Of a stretch of 64,000 bases of DNA, positions 46,467 through 56,851 are shown one piece after another. Position 1 is the first letter of the stretch. Each line of letters begins with the position of its first letter. Position numbers and translations under genes: made by a program. Source of the stretch: an uncultured Pseudomonadota bacterium (GTDB taxonomy: Bacteria > Myxococcota_A > Polyangia > Fen-1088); NCBI GenBank assembly GCA_963847705.1, contig CAWKBC010000030.1, positions 96,001-160,000 of the forward strand, read 5' to 3'. The notes beneath the pieces were generated by a model, which was given only the letters and a program-made list of their open reading frames with translations, searched no databases and was not told the DNA's origin.

Positions 46467-48152
46467 ATGAAAAGCCAAACCCCGTTCTTCATCGTCGTCG
46501 CTGTCTTGGGATCTGCGATCGTCGGCCTTTCCTGCGCCGGAAGCGGAAATGGCGGTGGCAGCGGGAGCGGGGGAAGCGCTGACCCGACCGGGGCAGGAGG
46601 GGCCGAAACGGGTGGGGCACCCACCGGCGGCCAGACTGAAACCGGCGGTCGGGAAGGATCCGGCTCGGGAGGCACCGTTTCTACGGGAGGGACGGGCACG
46701 ATCGGCTCGGGCGGGACCACCGGAACGGGCGGCGCCGTTGGGTCGGGCGGAGCCATCGGATCTGGCGGGTCGACAGGTTCGGGTGGTGCCGCCACCGGGG
46801 GCGTTGGAGGGACCAAGGGCGCCGCTGGATCGTCGGGGACTGGTGGTTTGGGTTCGGGAGGGACGACCTCTACGGGTTCCGGTGGTTCGGGCACGGGCGG
46901 AACCGGAGGCTCCGGGGGCGGAACGTGTACGGGCGCCATCTGCACCGCCAAGACGTGGAACGACATCACCGCCGCGCACACCGTGCCGTCCTGGGTCAGG
47001 ACGGCGAAGCTGGGAATCGGAATGCACTTCATGGTGGCGACGGTTCCGGCGCACCACAACGAGTGGTTCTTTCAGCACGAGTACTGCGACGGGTCCTTCG
47101 CGACCTGGACGTCGCAGAATTTCCCCACCAAGTCTCCGCTCAGCGGCGGCCCCTGGGGCTACAAGGATTTCATCTCGCTCTTCACCTGCGCGCAGTGGAG
47201 CGCGCCGGCCCAGCCGCACGCGGCCACGACGGCCGCGTCGTGGGCGGCGCTCTTCAAGGCCTCGGGGGCCACGTTCGTCAACGCCACCGCCGAGCACCAC
47301 GATCGTTTTGCGATGTGGGACAGCTCCGAACCGGCGAGCATCGGCGGCGCCGGGACCTGGAACGCGGCCAAGATGGGACCGAAGCGCGACGTCGTCGGTG
47401 AGCTGGCGGCGGCGGTCAAGGCGCAAGGGATGAAGTTCGGCGTCAACAACCACATCATGTACGGCTACAGCTTCGCGTACTGCAGCGCGACCGGCACGAC
47501 TCCCGGTAACGTCGGACCCAACACGCTGGCGACGGTCTCCGATCTCTACGATCCGAGGTACGCCGACTTCTACGGTCCGCCCAATCCGGGGTGCGGCATC
47601 AAGGCGGCTGACGCCCAGTGCAACCCGGACAAGGCCTTCTGCGACGACTGGCTGTATCGCTCGCAGGAGCTGGCCGACAAGTACCAGCTGGACGACGAAT
47701 GGTTCGACTGGGACGGCGCGACCGTCGCCAACAGCCCCTGCATGGACGACAAGCTTTCGTTTGCGTTGCACTACTACCAGACGGCGGCGGCGCGCGGCCA
47801 GCAGGTTCAGATCATGTCGAAGGGTGGGGTGTTCCCAAACATGAACAATGGCGCAACCGGGGCCAACGTCTCGATCCAGGACTTCCAGTCGTCGATTCCC
47901 ACGGGGAGCGCGGTGCCGACCTCGCCCTGGATGGCCGACGAGACGATCTCGAGCAATGGATCGTGGTGCTACGTCGAACCGATGGCGTACAAGTCGTCGG
48001 CGACCGTGATCAACGAGCTGGACGAGATCAACGCCGCCGGCGGAATCATGCTGTTGAACGTTTCCCCTGAGAAGGACGGCTCGATTCCTCAGGAGCAGAT
48101 CGACATCCTCAACGCAGTGGGCAAGCACCTCGGCGCGCCGGGTAATTTCTGA
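46467..48152 (+). CDS. GH29 alpha-L-fucosidase-like lipoprotein
   Basis: GLSC, Gly linker, AEHHDRFAMWDS, GPKRDVVGEL, WFD nucleophile, LLNVSP..DGSIP. Confidence 0.88.
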   Translation: MKSQTPFFIVVAVLGSAIVGLSCAGSGNGGGSGSGGSADPTGAGGAETGGAPTGGQTETGGREGSGSGGTVSTGGTGTIGSGGTTGTGGAVGSGGAIGSGGSTGSGGAATGGVGGTKGAAGSSGTGGLGSGGTTSTGSGGSGTGGTGGSGGGTCTGAICTAKTWNDITAAHTVPSWVRTAKLGIGMHFMVATVPAHHNEWFFQHEYCDGSFATWTSQNFPTKSPLSGGPWGYKDFISLFTCAQWSAPAQPHAATTAASWAALFKASGATFVNATAEHHDRFAMWDSSEPASIGGAGTWNAAKMGPKRDVVGELAAAVKAQGMKFGVNNHIMYGYSFAYCSATGTTPGNVGPNTLATVSDLYDPRYADFYGPPNPGCGIKAADAQCNPDKAFCDDWLYRSQELADKYQLDDEWFDWDGATVANSPCMDDKLSFALHYYQTAAARGQQVQIMSKGGVFPNMNNGATGANVSIQDFQSSIPTGSAVPTSPWMADETISSNGSWCYVEPMAYKSSATVINELDEINAAGGIMLLNVSPEKDGSIPQEQIDILNAVGKHLGAPGNF

Positions 48153-48182
48153 GCGACCGCGACGGATCACGAGAGTGAATCC

Positions 48183-48209
48183 GTATGAGTTTTTATCGCC
48201 GAGGCCCTT
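48183..48209 (+). promoter_or_regulatory. ECF-type promoter motif A
   Basis: GTATGA-gtttttatcgccgagg-CCCTT upstream of the CE12-GH43 pair. Confidence 0.7.
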
Positions 48210-48270
48210 GGAGCCTTCAGCCGCAGTCGACACGTCGCCGGCGCGGGAACCCTTCACGGGAGTATTTGAG

Positions 48271-49851
48271 ATGCACAAGTCCCCCCATCGCTTTCGTCCT
48301 ATTCGATCGGTGCCGCAGCTGTCTTGGCTCTTGCTTCTTCTCGCCTCGCTCGTTTGCAGCGTAGGATGTGGCTCGAGCGATTCGACGGCTGACTCAGGCG
48401 TGGGGACGGGATCCGGCGGATCTGTGGGCGAGACCGGAGGACAGCCCGGGAACGGCGGATCGGGCAGCGGTGGCGTGACCGGCTCCGGTGGTGTCACCGG
48501 GCGCGGCGGAACTGGAGGCGAGGGTGATCTTGGCGGGGCTTCGGGCGGCACCGTTGGAACAGGCGGCGCGGTGGGTACCGGCGGGGTGAACGCAACCGGC
48601 GGCACGACCGGCGCGGGCGGCACGGTGAACACGGGCGGTTCGACCGGCGCGGGTGGCTCCGGCCCGGGCGGAGCGGGCGGCGTCGCCGGTTTCAGCGGGA
48701 CAACCGGCAAGGGCGGCAGCGGCTCGGGCGGCGCGACGAGTACGGGCGGCGTGACCGGTACTGGCGGCAGCATTCCGGCCGGATACCCGACGCCCACCAC
48801 CGCGAACAGGGCTGTCTGCAAGTCTGTTGCACAGACAACCTCCCCGGGCGGTGCAAAGGTCTGCCCGGGTGGCGGAGACGGTCCGGCGTGTATCGAATGT
48901 CTTTTCGGCGGCGACACCTGGAATAGCACCGACGTCGCCACGCAGCAGGCGATTTCCGAGGCGGGCAATTACGCCGTGACCGTCGCAATGGGCGGGTCGA
49001 CTGCCGGCCAGACGCAGATCGACGCGGAGACGAACCGGGTTCTCCTCGCGCTCACCTCGACCACCGCCGGTGCATCGGACACCTACGCGTTCGTCGTCAA
49101 CGTCCGAGCCAATGAAGGACAGCCGACCGAGAACGTCTCTGCCGGATATCCAGGGCTCGATCTCTACTTCTCGGGGCCGACCTCGATGGCGCCGGAGGTA
49201 TCAGCTGTCGGATACGGGCTGGTGAGCGCGTCCGACAAGCCCGTCATGATCTATGCCGCCAGCGATTCGACCGCCTGCGACCAGAGCGACACCGATTACG
49301 CCGGCTGGGGACAGATGCTGCCGCAGTTCTTCGCGCCGCCCGCCGGCGTGGCGAACTACGCGGACAGCGGCGAGAGCTCTGGCAGCTTTCTCAACAACTC
49401 ACGCGAATGGACCGCGGTGAAAAACGCGATGGTCGCGGGCGACTGGGTGCTGATCCAGTTCGGTCACAACGACGGCAACACGACGTCGGCGACCTTCCAG
49501 GCCAACATCACCCAGATGGTGAAGGACGCCAAGGCGAAAGGCGCCACGCCGGTGCTGGTCTCGCCGCCCGCGCGGGCCACCTTCAGCGGACAGACACTCA
49601 GCGATCAGTCGAGCCTCCACGCGGCCGACATGCAAGCGGTCGCCACCGCCCAGAGCGTCGCCTACATCAATCTGACCTCGATCACCACCGCCTGGTACAA
49701 CCAGATGGGCCCGACCGGGTGGCAGCAGTACCACGCCCTCGGAACGGACAAGACCCATACGAACGCCGCCGGTGCGAGCAAGATCGCGGGCTTCGTCGCG
49801 AGCGCGATGAGCACACAGAAGATCGGCCTCGCCCAATATCTCCGCCACTAA
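48271..49851 (+). CDS. SGNH rhamnogalacturonan acetylesterase-like (CE12) lipoprotein
   Basis: SVGC, Gly linker, SDST, GWGQML, QFGHND, DKTH. Confidence 0.87.
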   Translation: MHKSPHRFRPIRSVPQLSWLLLLLASLVCSVGCGSSDSTADSGVGTGSGGSVGETGGQPGNGGSGSGGVTGSGGVTGRGGTGGEGDLGGASGGTVGTGGAVGTGGVNATGGTTGAGGTVNTGGSTGAGGSGPGGAGGVAGFSGTTGKGGSGSGGATSTGGVTGTGGSIPAGYPTPTTANRAVCKSVAQTTSPGGAKVCPGGGDGPACIECLFGGDTWNSTDVATQQAISEAGNYAVTVAMGGSTAGQTQIDAETNRVLLALTSTTAGASDTYAFVVNVRANEGQPTENVSAGYPGLDLYFSGPTSMAPEVSAVGYGLVSASDKPVMIYAASDSTACDQSDTDYAGWGQMLPQFFAPPAGVANYADSGESSGSFLNNSREWTAVKNAMVAGDWVLIQFGHNDGNTTSATFQANITQMVKDAKAKGATPVLVSPPARATFSGQTLSDQSSLHAADMQAVATAQSVAYINLTSITTAWYNQMGPTGWQQYHALGTDKTHTNAAGASKIAGFVASAMSTQKIGLAQYLRH

Positions 49852-49870
49852 CCCCTGCGAGGAGATCCCC

Positions 49871-51376
49871 GTGAGCTTTTACCGGCTACCGCGCGCGCTG
49901 CGCGCGCATCCCTCCCGGTCCTTGGCGCTCTCGGCCAGCGCGCATGTCCTCGTGCTGGTCACCTCTCTGACGCCTTCCTTCGCGGCCACGAGCGGGGCGA
50001 ATGGCACCCACGATCCGTCGCGCATGATCACCTGCGAGGGACGTTTTTATGTCTACTCGACCGGGGGCGGCAGCAAGTCATCGACCGACGGCCTCGCTTG
50101 GACGAACGGTCCTGGGCTGTTTCCGGGCGGCGTCCCGACCTCGGCGACATCGGTGGTCTCCAACAACGAGGGTGTCTGGGCGCCCGACGCGATCTACCTG
50201 AACGGCCAGTACTACATCTACTACGCCGTCGCCAACAGCAACAACGACTGCGCGGTCGGTCTGGTCACCACCCCCACGCTCAACCCCAACTCCGCCAACT
50301 ACAAGATTACAGATCACGGCGTCGTGGTCTCCAACACCGGAAGCGACACCTATTGCGCGATCGACCCCGCCCCCATTCTCGATGCTTCAGGCAATCTCTG
50401 GCTCTCCTGGGGGAGCGGATACACCAAGTCCAGCTCGGACAACACGATCTACCTCACCCTGCTCGACAAAATGACGGGCTTGCCGAGCAGCGCGGACTCG
50501 GCGAAGCCCGGACATCCGCTCGAGCCCGGCCACATCGAGGCCTCGTACGTCTACTACCATTCGGGGAACTACTATCTCTTCTGGAACTCGGGCGGCTGCT
50601 GCAGTGGCGCTTCCAGCACCTACGAGATCCATGTGGCCCGCGCGGCCGACATCACCGGCCCCTACACCGGCAGTCGCATCTTCTATGCGAGCGCCGGCTC
50701 CGTCCATGGCCCGGGCCAGATCGGAATCTACGACCAATGCGGCGCCAGCCGCTTCACCTATCACTACTACCCTGACACGGGAGGCTCCGTTCTCGGTGAG
50801 AACGAGCTCACCTGGAGCAGCGACGGGTGGCCGGTGGCGGGCGCGCCTTCGACGACGCCGCTTACGGTATGTAGTGGGAAGGCAACCGGCGGCAGCACCG
50901 GCGGGACAGGAACTGGCGGCGCCGGCGGAAGTAGCGGCACAGGAACCGGCGGTGGCAAAGGAACCGGCGGCGCCGCTGGAATCGGCGGCGCCGCTGGTGC
51001 CGTCGGAGCCGGAGGCCGGGGAAGCGGTCGCGACGCAGGCTCGGCCGACGCGATCGGCGCCGGTGGCACTGTCGGCGCGACGGGAGGGGCGAGCGGAGGA
51101 TCGACCGGCGGAAGCTCCGGGACCGGAGGCGTATCAGGAACTGGAGGTCTCGACACGAGCTCGGGCGGAACGAACGGCGTCGCGGGCGGCGGCATGTCCG
51201 AGGGAGGCTCAGGTGCGACGGGCGGCTCTCCCAGTGCCGGAGGTGCCGATTCAGATTCGACCGGAGGTTGCTCGTGCGCCGTTGGCGGCGAAACCGGCGC
51301 GGGTCTCGCTATAGGGGCCCTCGCTTTGGTGCTCGCCATCTTGGCGACCCGGCGCGCCAGGCGCTCGGTCCCCTGA
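49871..51376 (+). CDS. GH43 arabinanase-like enzyme with a C-terminal Gly linker and MYXO-CTERM anchor
   Basis: HDPS, WAPD, AIDP, IEAS, HGPG; tail GGCSC..TM..RRARR. Confidence 0.9.
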   Translation: MSFYRLPRALRAHPSRSLALSASAHVLVLVTSLTPSFAATSGANGTHDPSRMITCEGRFYVYSTGGGSKSSTDGLAWTNGPGLFPGGVPTSATSVVSNNEGVWAPDAIYLNGQYYIYYAVANSNNDCAVGLVTTPTLNPNSANYKITDHGVVVSNTGSDTYCAIDPAPILDASGNLWLSWGSGYTKSSSDNTIYLTLLDKMTGLPSSADSAKPGHPLEPGHIEASYVYYHSGNYYLFWNSGGCCSGASSTYEIHVARAADITGPYTGSRIFYASAGSVHGPGQIGIYDQCGASRFTYHYYPDTGGSVLGENELTWSSDGWPVAGAPSTTPLTVCSGKATGGSTGGTGTGGAGGSSGTGTGGGKGTGGAAGIGGAAGAVGAGGRGSGRDAGSADAIGAGGTVGATGGASGGSTGGSSGTGGVSGTGGLDTSSGGTNGVAGGGMSEGGSGATGGSPSAGGADSDSTGGCSCAVGGETGAGLAIGALALVLAILATRRARRSVP

Positions 51377-51424
51377 GCCGGCACCCGCGGTCGACTGAGC
51401 CCTGATCGAGCGCAGCGCACCGAC

Positions 51425-51451
51425 GTATCAGATTTTTCGCGGGGTGCCCTT
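51425..51451 (+). promoter_or_regulatory. ECF-type promoter motif A
   Basis: GTATCA-gatttttcgcggggtg-CCCTT upstream of the GH53 operon. Confidence 0.75.
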
Positions 51452-51499
51452 AACCCGAAACCCGCGTCTGGCGCGGACCAGTCGTCACAAAGGAGCCCC

Positions 51500-53029
51500 A
51501 TGACGCGTCCTTACGAGTTCTTTGGAGTACTGGCGCTCTGCGCGTCGGTTGCCGGGTGTGCGAACAGTGAAATGACGGCGCCCGACGAAAGCGGTGCTGG
51601 CGGCTCCGTCCTGACGGGAAGCGGCGGCAGCAGCGGCGGGTCCACTGGAAGTGGCGGACAGTCGTCAAGCGGAGGGGCGATCGGCTCTGGGGGCGCGGTC
51701 GGCCAGGGCGGGAACAGTGCGACCGGCGGGGCCACCGCGTCGGGCGGCGCCATCGGCACCGGCGGAACGACCGGGAGTGGCGGGGCGGGGACGGGCGGTT
51801 CGACAGGCTCCGGCGGCTTGACCGGCGCCGGCGGCGCAACCGGTGGGAAAACAGGCATGGGCGGATCGGCCAGCGGCGGCTCACCAAGCACGGGAGGGAC
51901 GACCGGCAGCGGAGGGGCAGGAACGGGAGGCTCCGCCGGCGGCGCCGGCACGGGCGGCGCGTTTCCGTTCAATCCGTCCTACGTCCTGGGCGCCGACATC
52001 TCCTGGGCGACTCAGCACGAATCTCAGGGGTACACGTATTCGGACGGCACCAACAAGAAGCCCATGGAACAGATCATGGCGGAGAACGGCTTCAACTACA
52101 TCCGGCTCCGGACCTTCGTCGATCCATCCGCCTCCGACGGCTACTCGCCGGGCCAGAACTGGTGCGGTCAGGCCGATACCGTGACGATGGCGAAGCGCGT
52201 GAAGGGGTGCGGCATGGGCCTCTTGGTCGACTTTCACATGAGCGATACCTGGGCCTCGCTTGGGACGAATGCCAACGCCTCGGCGATGCCGCTTGCGTGG
52301 AGGAGCCTGTCCCAGACCGTCCCCTCGACGCCGGTGAGCAACGCGACTCACCTCACCAACAATCTCTATCAGACCGCGCACGACTACGTTTACGGCGTCA
52401 TGCAGGCGTTGGTGGCGGCGGGCGCCAAGCCGGACATGGTTCAGATCGGCAACGAGACGAACACCGGCATGTCCGGCATCTCGATGAACAACTGGCCAGC
52501 GTTCTCGGCGCTCGTCAACGCCGGCATCAAGGCGGTCCGCGAAACCGATCCAAAAATTGTCGTGTGGGCGCAGAACGGTCGTCCACGACCGGACAGTGCG
52601 GGCGGCAGCAACTTCGACGGCTGGGTCGATGACTATCTCTCGGGAAAGTCTCCGCACACCCCTGCCATCGATGAGGACGGGATCTGCGGTTCCACCTACG
52701 GCACGACGAACAACGGCGCCGACTGGACGGCCTGCTTCAGTTACGTGATCAGCACCTACAACAAGCCGGTGATGAGCTGCGAGTACACCGACAAGAGTCC
52801 CGACAACGCCGGGGGGCACGTCATCAACGACCTGGTGATGCGGGCTTTGCCCAAAAACATGGGACGCGGCTCTTTCATCTGGGAGCCCGCTGACTACCCG
52901 TCCGTCAACGGCAGCGGCACGCTGTTCACCCTGTCGGGGAAGGTCTATACGGCGAACGCCACCATGGGGGACTACCCCAAGCTGGCCAAGTCTTACGGCC
53001 TGCCCGTCCCCTTCGGGACCTGTCATTGA
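51500..53029 (+). CDS. GH53 endo-beta-1,4-galactanase-like lipoprotein
   Basis: VAGC, Gly linker, GADIS, NYIRLRTFVDP, DFHMSDTWA, VQIGNET, WEP. Confidence 0.9.
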   Translation: MTRPYEFFGVLALCASVAGCANSEMTAPDESGAGGSVLTGSGGSSGGSTGSGGQSSSGGAIGSGGAVGQGGNSATGGATASGGAIGTGGTTGSGGAGTGGSTGSGGLTGAGGATGGKTGMGGSASGGSPSTGGTTGSGGAGTGGSAGGAGTGGAFPFNPSYVLGADISWATQHESQGYTYSDGTNKKPMEQIMAENGFNYIRLRTFVDPSASDGYSPGQNWCGQADTVTMAKRVKGCGMGLLVDFHMSDTWASLGTNANASAMPLAWRSLSQTVPSTPVSNATHLTNNLYQTAHDYVYGVMQALVAAGAKPDMVQIGNETNTGMSGISMNNWPAFSALVNAGIKAVRETDPKIVVWAQNGRPRPDSAGGSNFDGWVDDYLSGKSPHTPAIDEDGICGSTYGTTNNGADWTACFSYVISTYNKPVMSCEYTDKSPDNAGGHVINDLVMRALPKNMGRGSFIWEPADYPSVNGSGTLFTLSGKVYTANATMGDYPKLAKSYGLPVPFGTCH

Positions 53030-53973
53030 TGGGTGCCTCTCGGACGGTTCGTCTTTCGTACCGCGAAGAGAGCGCTTTGTTCTGGAAGCTCTTCGTCGTT
53101 CGGGTGGTCATCGCCGTGATCTATCTGAAGCTCGCCGGGTGCGCGTCGCACGGATCGACCGGGACCGGCGGCACTGGTGGCGGGGGAGATGGGGGCGGGG
53201 GCGCCGTTACGACGGCGTCCTCGGGGGGCGATGGTGGGGTAGGTCTGGGCAACGGCAAAGGGGGCGCGGGGGGCGCTTCCGGAGGCGGAGGGGCAGCGGG
53301 GACCTCCGGTCGCGGTGGAGGCGCAGGAGCCGGTGAAATAGGCGGTGCAGCCGGGTCCGGAAAAGGAGGGATGGCTGAGGCTGGTGGCCGTGGAGTAGGA
53401 GCAGCAGGGGGGGCGGCGGCGAGCGCGGGCTCGGATGGGTCAGCCGAAGCCGGCGCTGGCGGCGGAGCGCTTGGGTCGGCCGGCGGTGCAGGAGGTGCGG
53501 CCGAGACAGGGGTTTGCCCAGGGGACAAATCTCCCAATCTCGACGTTACCGGCAATTGCACGCCGACGAATGCAAAGGCCGGTTCGGCATGTACGCAGAA
53601 CTGCTGCGTAGCTTGTGGCATCGATCAATTGGGGCAGGCCACTTGCACCTGCGGCAACCACAAATACGCGACCTGCACCTGTCCGCGGCCGGCCGCGTGG
53701 ACCGCTCTTGGCGGCGAGTGCGGCGACTCGGCGTGCCTCACAGATGGCGGTCCCTGTTCCCCGCAAGGATACGCTTCATCGACCGGCGCGCCCAAGGGGG
53801 CAATCGTCCTCGACGGGCAGCCTTGCGTCATGAACGGGAACGTCTGCTTCACAGCTGAATCGGACGGGACACACGGATGCGTCTGTGCGTCCGATCCATC
53901 CGGTGACTTCGTCATGCACTGTGGGTTGGTCGAAGGCTGGTTCTCGGACAACGGGATGCAGACGACCTACTAG
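53026..53973 (+). CDS. Gly-linker lipoprotein with a Cys-rich domain of unknown function
   Basis: LAGC, long Gly/Ala linker, 18 Cys in the C-terminal ~155 aa; overlaps the GH53 stop. Confidence 0.72.
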   Translation: MMGASRTVRLSYREESALFWKLFVVRVVIAVIYLKLAGCASHGSTGTGGTGGGGDGGGGAVTTASSGGDGGVGLGNGKGGAGGASGGGGAAGTSGRGGGAGAGEIGGAAGSGKGGMAEAGGRGVGAAGGAAASAGSDGSAEAGAGGGALGSAGGAGGAAETGVCPGDKSPNLDVTGNCTPTNAKAGSACTQNCCVACGIDQLGQATCTCGNHKYATCTCPRPAAWTALGGECGDSACLTDGGPCSPQGYASSTGAPKGAIVLDGQPCVMNGNVCFTAESDGTHGCVCASDPSGDFVMHCGLVEGWFSDNGMQTTY

Positions 53974-53991
53974 CTGTTCGGAAGGACAATC

Positions 53992-56010
53992 ATGTCGGAT
54001 GTCTGGAACAGCAAAAGGCTATCGCTTCCTTGTCTGGCTGCCTTGCTGCCGCTCGCGATATGGAGTGGCTGCGCCGGGCAGGGGTCGGCCGTGGATGCGG
54101 GGAGCTCGGGCAGGGGCGGCGGTGGTTCGGGCGGATGGTCCGGCACCGGCGGGTTCTCCGGGACCGGCGGAGGCAAGGACGGATCCTCTGGCGCTGGCGG
54201 AGGCACGGGTGCGGGCAACGGATCGGGCGGTGCTGGCGGATCGGGCGGCGGCTCAATCGCCGGCGCAGGCGGCGGGAGCGGAACCGGTGGTACGGGGGGA
54301 GGCAGTCCTGACAACGCCTGCACGCAGGCTGGGGGCTCGTGCGTAGCCGTTTATCCTGGAAGCTGTGCTTCCGGGACGGTCGCCTCCTTGTCTTGTGGTG
54401 CGGGACTCGGCTCCGAGTGCTGCCTACTGGGTGGGGTCGGTGGCACGAGCGGATTCGGGGGTACTGTCGGCAGCAACGGAACCGGTGGCGCCGCCGGCGG
54501 GTCCGGTGGATCTGGTGGCGGTGGATTTGGCGGTAACGCCGGGGAGGATCCGACCGCGCACCTGGACGATCTCAAACGACAGTTCCTCGGGCTCCAGTTT
54601 GGCATCTGGCACCACTTCGGGATCCTCACGTACACAGGGACCTGGGCGGAGGCGAACCTCCCCATCAACGACTTCAACCCTGGCGCGACGCTGAACCCGC
54701 AGCAATGGGCGGTGGCCGCGAAGTCGGCGGGTGCGAAGTTCGGCGTGCTGACGACGCGGCATCACGACGGGTTCGCACTCTGGCCGAGCAAGGCGAGCAA
54801 CTTCAACGTCGGCCACACGACCTGGTATGCGCAGGTCGGTGGTCAGGCCGCTCCGAATGACAAGGGCGATGTCGTTCAGCAGTTCGTGAACGGGTACCGA
54901 GCCGAGGGCCTGCTCCCCGCCTTCTACTACTCGATCTGGGACACGACCCACCCGGTCAGCGGCCAGCTGACCAGCGAGATGGTTCAGTACCTGACGACAC
55001 AGCTGACCGAGCTGATGTCGAACTACGGGAAGATTCCGCTCCTGATCATCGACGGCTGGTCATGGATGATGGGCCACCATGCGGCCGAGGGTTGGTACAT
55101 CCACAACCTGGTGAAGAGCCTGCAGCCCGACATCTTGATCGTCGATCACGAAGGGTTGGAGAGTCCTTACGATGAGGATCTGGTGATGTACGAGGAGCCG
55201 CGCGGTGTCTTCGCGCCGACCGGCAACACCTGGGCGGCCGTACAGGGGCAAAAGATCAACCAGCATGGCGGCAACGACTGGTTTTGGAAGAGCAACATCC
55301 AGGGCTACATCACGGTGTCGGACATCGTCGATTCGCACATCAACACGCTGGTGCCCCGCAACACGAACTTCATCCTCAATTGCCCGCCCAACAACAAGGG
55401 GCTGCTCGACGACGTCGTCGTCACCGAGCTCGGGCAGGTGGGCACTTACCGGCAGGCCCACCCGGCCTCCGTTCCGCCGCGGCTTCCCACGCAGGGTGTC
55501 CAGAACAGCAATCCGTACTTTCCGGTCGCCGCATCGGCCTCGAGTGGGACTGCGGGCAATGCCATCGATGGCTCGAACGACATAGGACGCTATTCCATCT
55601 GGCAGTCCTCAGGGAGCTTACCGCAGTGGATCCAGGTGGATTTGGGAGCGGTCAAGTCGGTGGGTTTCTTCGGATACCTGCCGCCGTACGTCGCTGGCAG
55701 CGCCTGGAATTCGAGCACCGGAAACTGCAGCGGGACGCCGTGCGCCGTGCCTGGATCGAGCGGGCTCATCACGTCCTACGAGATCGACGTCAGCATCGAC
55801 GGCATGAATTTCACCAAGGCAGCGACGGGGACCTGGCCCGCGAACGGCAAGATCCAGGGGGTAAGTTTCGCTCCCGTCCAGGCGCGGTATGTCCGTCTTG
55901 TTGCGCTGGCGGTCAACTCCGGATCGAGCGCGCAGGCCACCGAACTTGAGGTGGGCGGACCGCAGACGCTGACGGTCGTTACCCCGAAGACGACGGATTG
56001 GGGGCACTAG
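53992..56010 (+). CDS. GH29 alpha-L-fucosidase-like lipoprotein with a C-terminal F5/8C (CBM32) domain
   Basis: WSGC; FGIWHHFG, TTRHHDGFALWPS, FYYSIWD, IIDG, ILNCPPN; NAIDG..PQWIQVDLG..ARYVRL. Confidence 0.9.
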   Translation: MSDVWNSKRLSLPCLAALLPLAIWSGCAGQGSAVDAGSSGRGGGGSGGWSGTGGFSGTGGGKDGSSGAGGGTGAGNGSGGAGGSGGGSIAGAGGGSGTGGTGGGSPDNACTQAGGSCVAVYPGSCASGTVASLSCGAGLGSECCLLGGVGGTSGFGGTVGSNGTGGAAGGSGGSGGGGFGGNAGEDPTAHLDDLKRQFLGLQFGIWHHFGILTYTGTWAEANLPINDFNPGATLNPQQWAVAAKSAGAKFGVLTTRHHDGFALWPSKASNFNVGHTTWYAQVGGQAAPNDKGDVVQQFVNGYRAEGLLPAFYYSIWDTTHPVSGQLTSEMVQYLTTQLTELMSNYGKIPLLIIDGWSWMMGHHAAEGWYIHNLVKSLQPDILIVDHEGLESPYDEDLVMYEEPRGVFAPTGNTWAAVQGQKINQHGGNDWFWKSNIQGYITVSDIVDSHINTLVPRNTNFILNCPPNNKGLLDDVVVTELGQVGTYRQAHPASVPPRLPTQGVQNSNPYFPVAASASSGTAGNAIDGSNDIGRYSIWQSSGSLPQWIQVDLGAVKSVGFFGYLPPYVAGSAWNSSTGNCSGTPCAVPGSSGLITSYEIDVSIDGMNFTKAATGTWPANGKIQGVSFAPVQARYVRLVALAVNSGSSAQATELEVGGPQTLTVVTPKTTDWGH

Positions 56011-56045
56011 GATGGGCCGCCGCCTCGACGCAGGGAGGCCCGGCG

Positions 56046-56846
56046 TTAGCCCCCGAACGTGATGTCCGATGGGACCCGGAGCGGCATGTAGGCGCCGACG
56101 CCGTCCCCGAACGTGACGTCGTTACCGTTGCCCGAGAGATCGACCGAGAAACCGACGTGGTTGGCGTCGTCGAACGTCCAGTAAGCAACCAGCCCGGTCT
56201 CTCCCTGCCCCGAGGACGGCTGCATGTCGCCCATCACCTGGCTCGCCGAGCGGGTCACGGTCCACACCCGCACTTCGTCCATCTCTCCCGCGAAGAGGTT
56301 CTTGTATCCGTCGAACGTCCCCAGCCAGGCCGACGTCGGCGTGTGGGTGTCGGTTGGGTTGTTCTCGCTGTCGACCGCCGCGCCGTCGACGTAAAGAACG
56401 TTTGTAGTCGCGTCGGACGTGTAGGCGAGGTGGTGCCACACGCCGGCGGAGGGGTTCGTGGGTGCCTGCACGAGGACCCGATCGACGTAGACCCGCCACA
56501 CCGCCAGCGCGCCTCCGTGAAAGCCGATCTGGACGCCCGCCGCGACGTCGTCTCTCAGAACGACAAAGTCTTGGGTGCCCGCCGCCATCGCGTATTTGAC
56601 CCAAAGCTCGATGGTCATGCTGTTGCCCACAGAGGCGAATCCGCCGTCCCCGGCGGTGGCGTACTGACGGACCCCGTCGAACTCAAGTGCATAGCCGGCG
56701 ATGGCGCCGTCGAGCGGGGGGACGTCAAAGACCGGCTGCTCCAGGGAGGCATCCTGGACAGCCACTGGAGAAGCCGCCCCACAAGAGATCGCGAACGGAA
56801 CCATCGCGCAGGCGATGGCGCACAGAGCTGTTCTGCCGGATCGCAC
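56046..56846 (-). CDS. LamG/ConA-like jelly-roll lipoprotein
   Basis: AISC, ALEFDG, TIELWVK, WHHLAY, LYVDG, FAGEMDEVRVW, GLVAYWTFDD. Confidence 0.88.
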   Translation of the reverse strand: MRSGRTALCAIACAMVPFAISCGAASPVAVQDASLEQPVFDVPPLDGAIAGYALEFDGVRQYATAGDGGFASVGNSMTIELWVKYAMAAGTQDFVVLRDDVAAGVQIGFHGGALAVWRVYVDRVLVQAPTNPSAGVWHHLAYTSDATTNVLYVDGAAVDSENNPTDTHTPTSAWLGTFDGYKNLFAGEMDEVRVWTVTRSASQVMGDMQPSSGQGETGLVAYWTFDDANHVGFSVDLSGNGNDVTFGDGVGAYMPLRVPSDITFGG

Positions 56847-56851
56847 GGAGC

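Noticed and set aside
46440-48968. 842-aa Pro-rich minus-strand ORF and similar Pro-rich ORFs (45865, 46277, 50767, 51511, 53121, 60358, 62197)
   Set aside because: Antisense shadows of Gly-rich (GGN) linkers in real genes on the other strand; they have no domain motifs.
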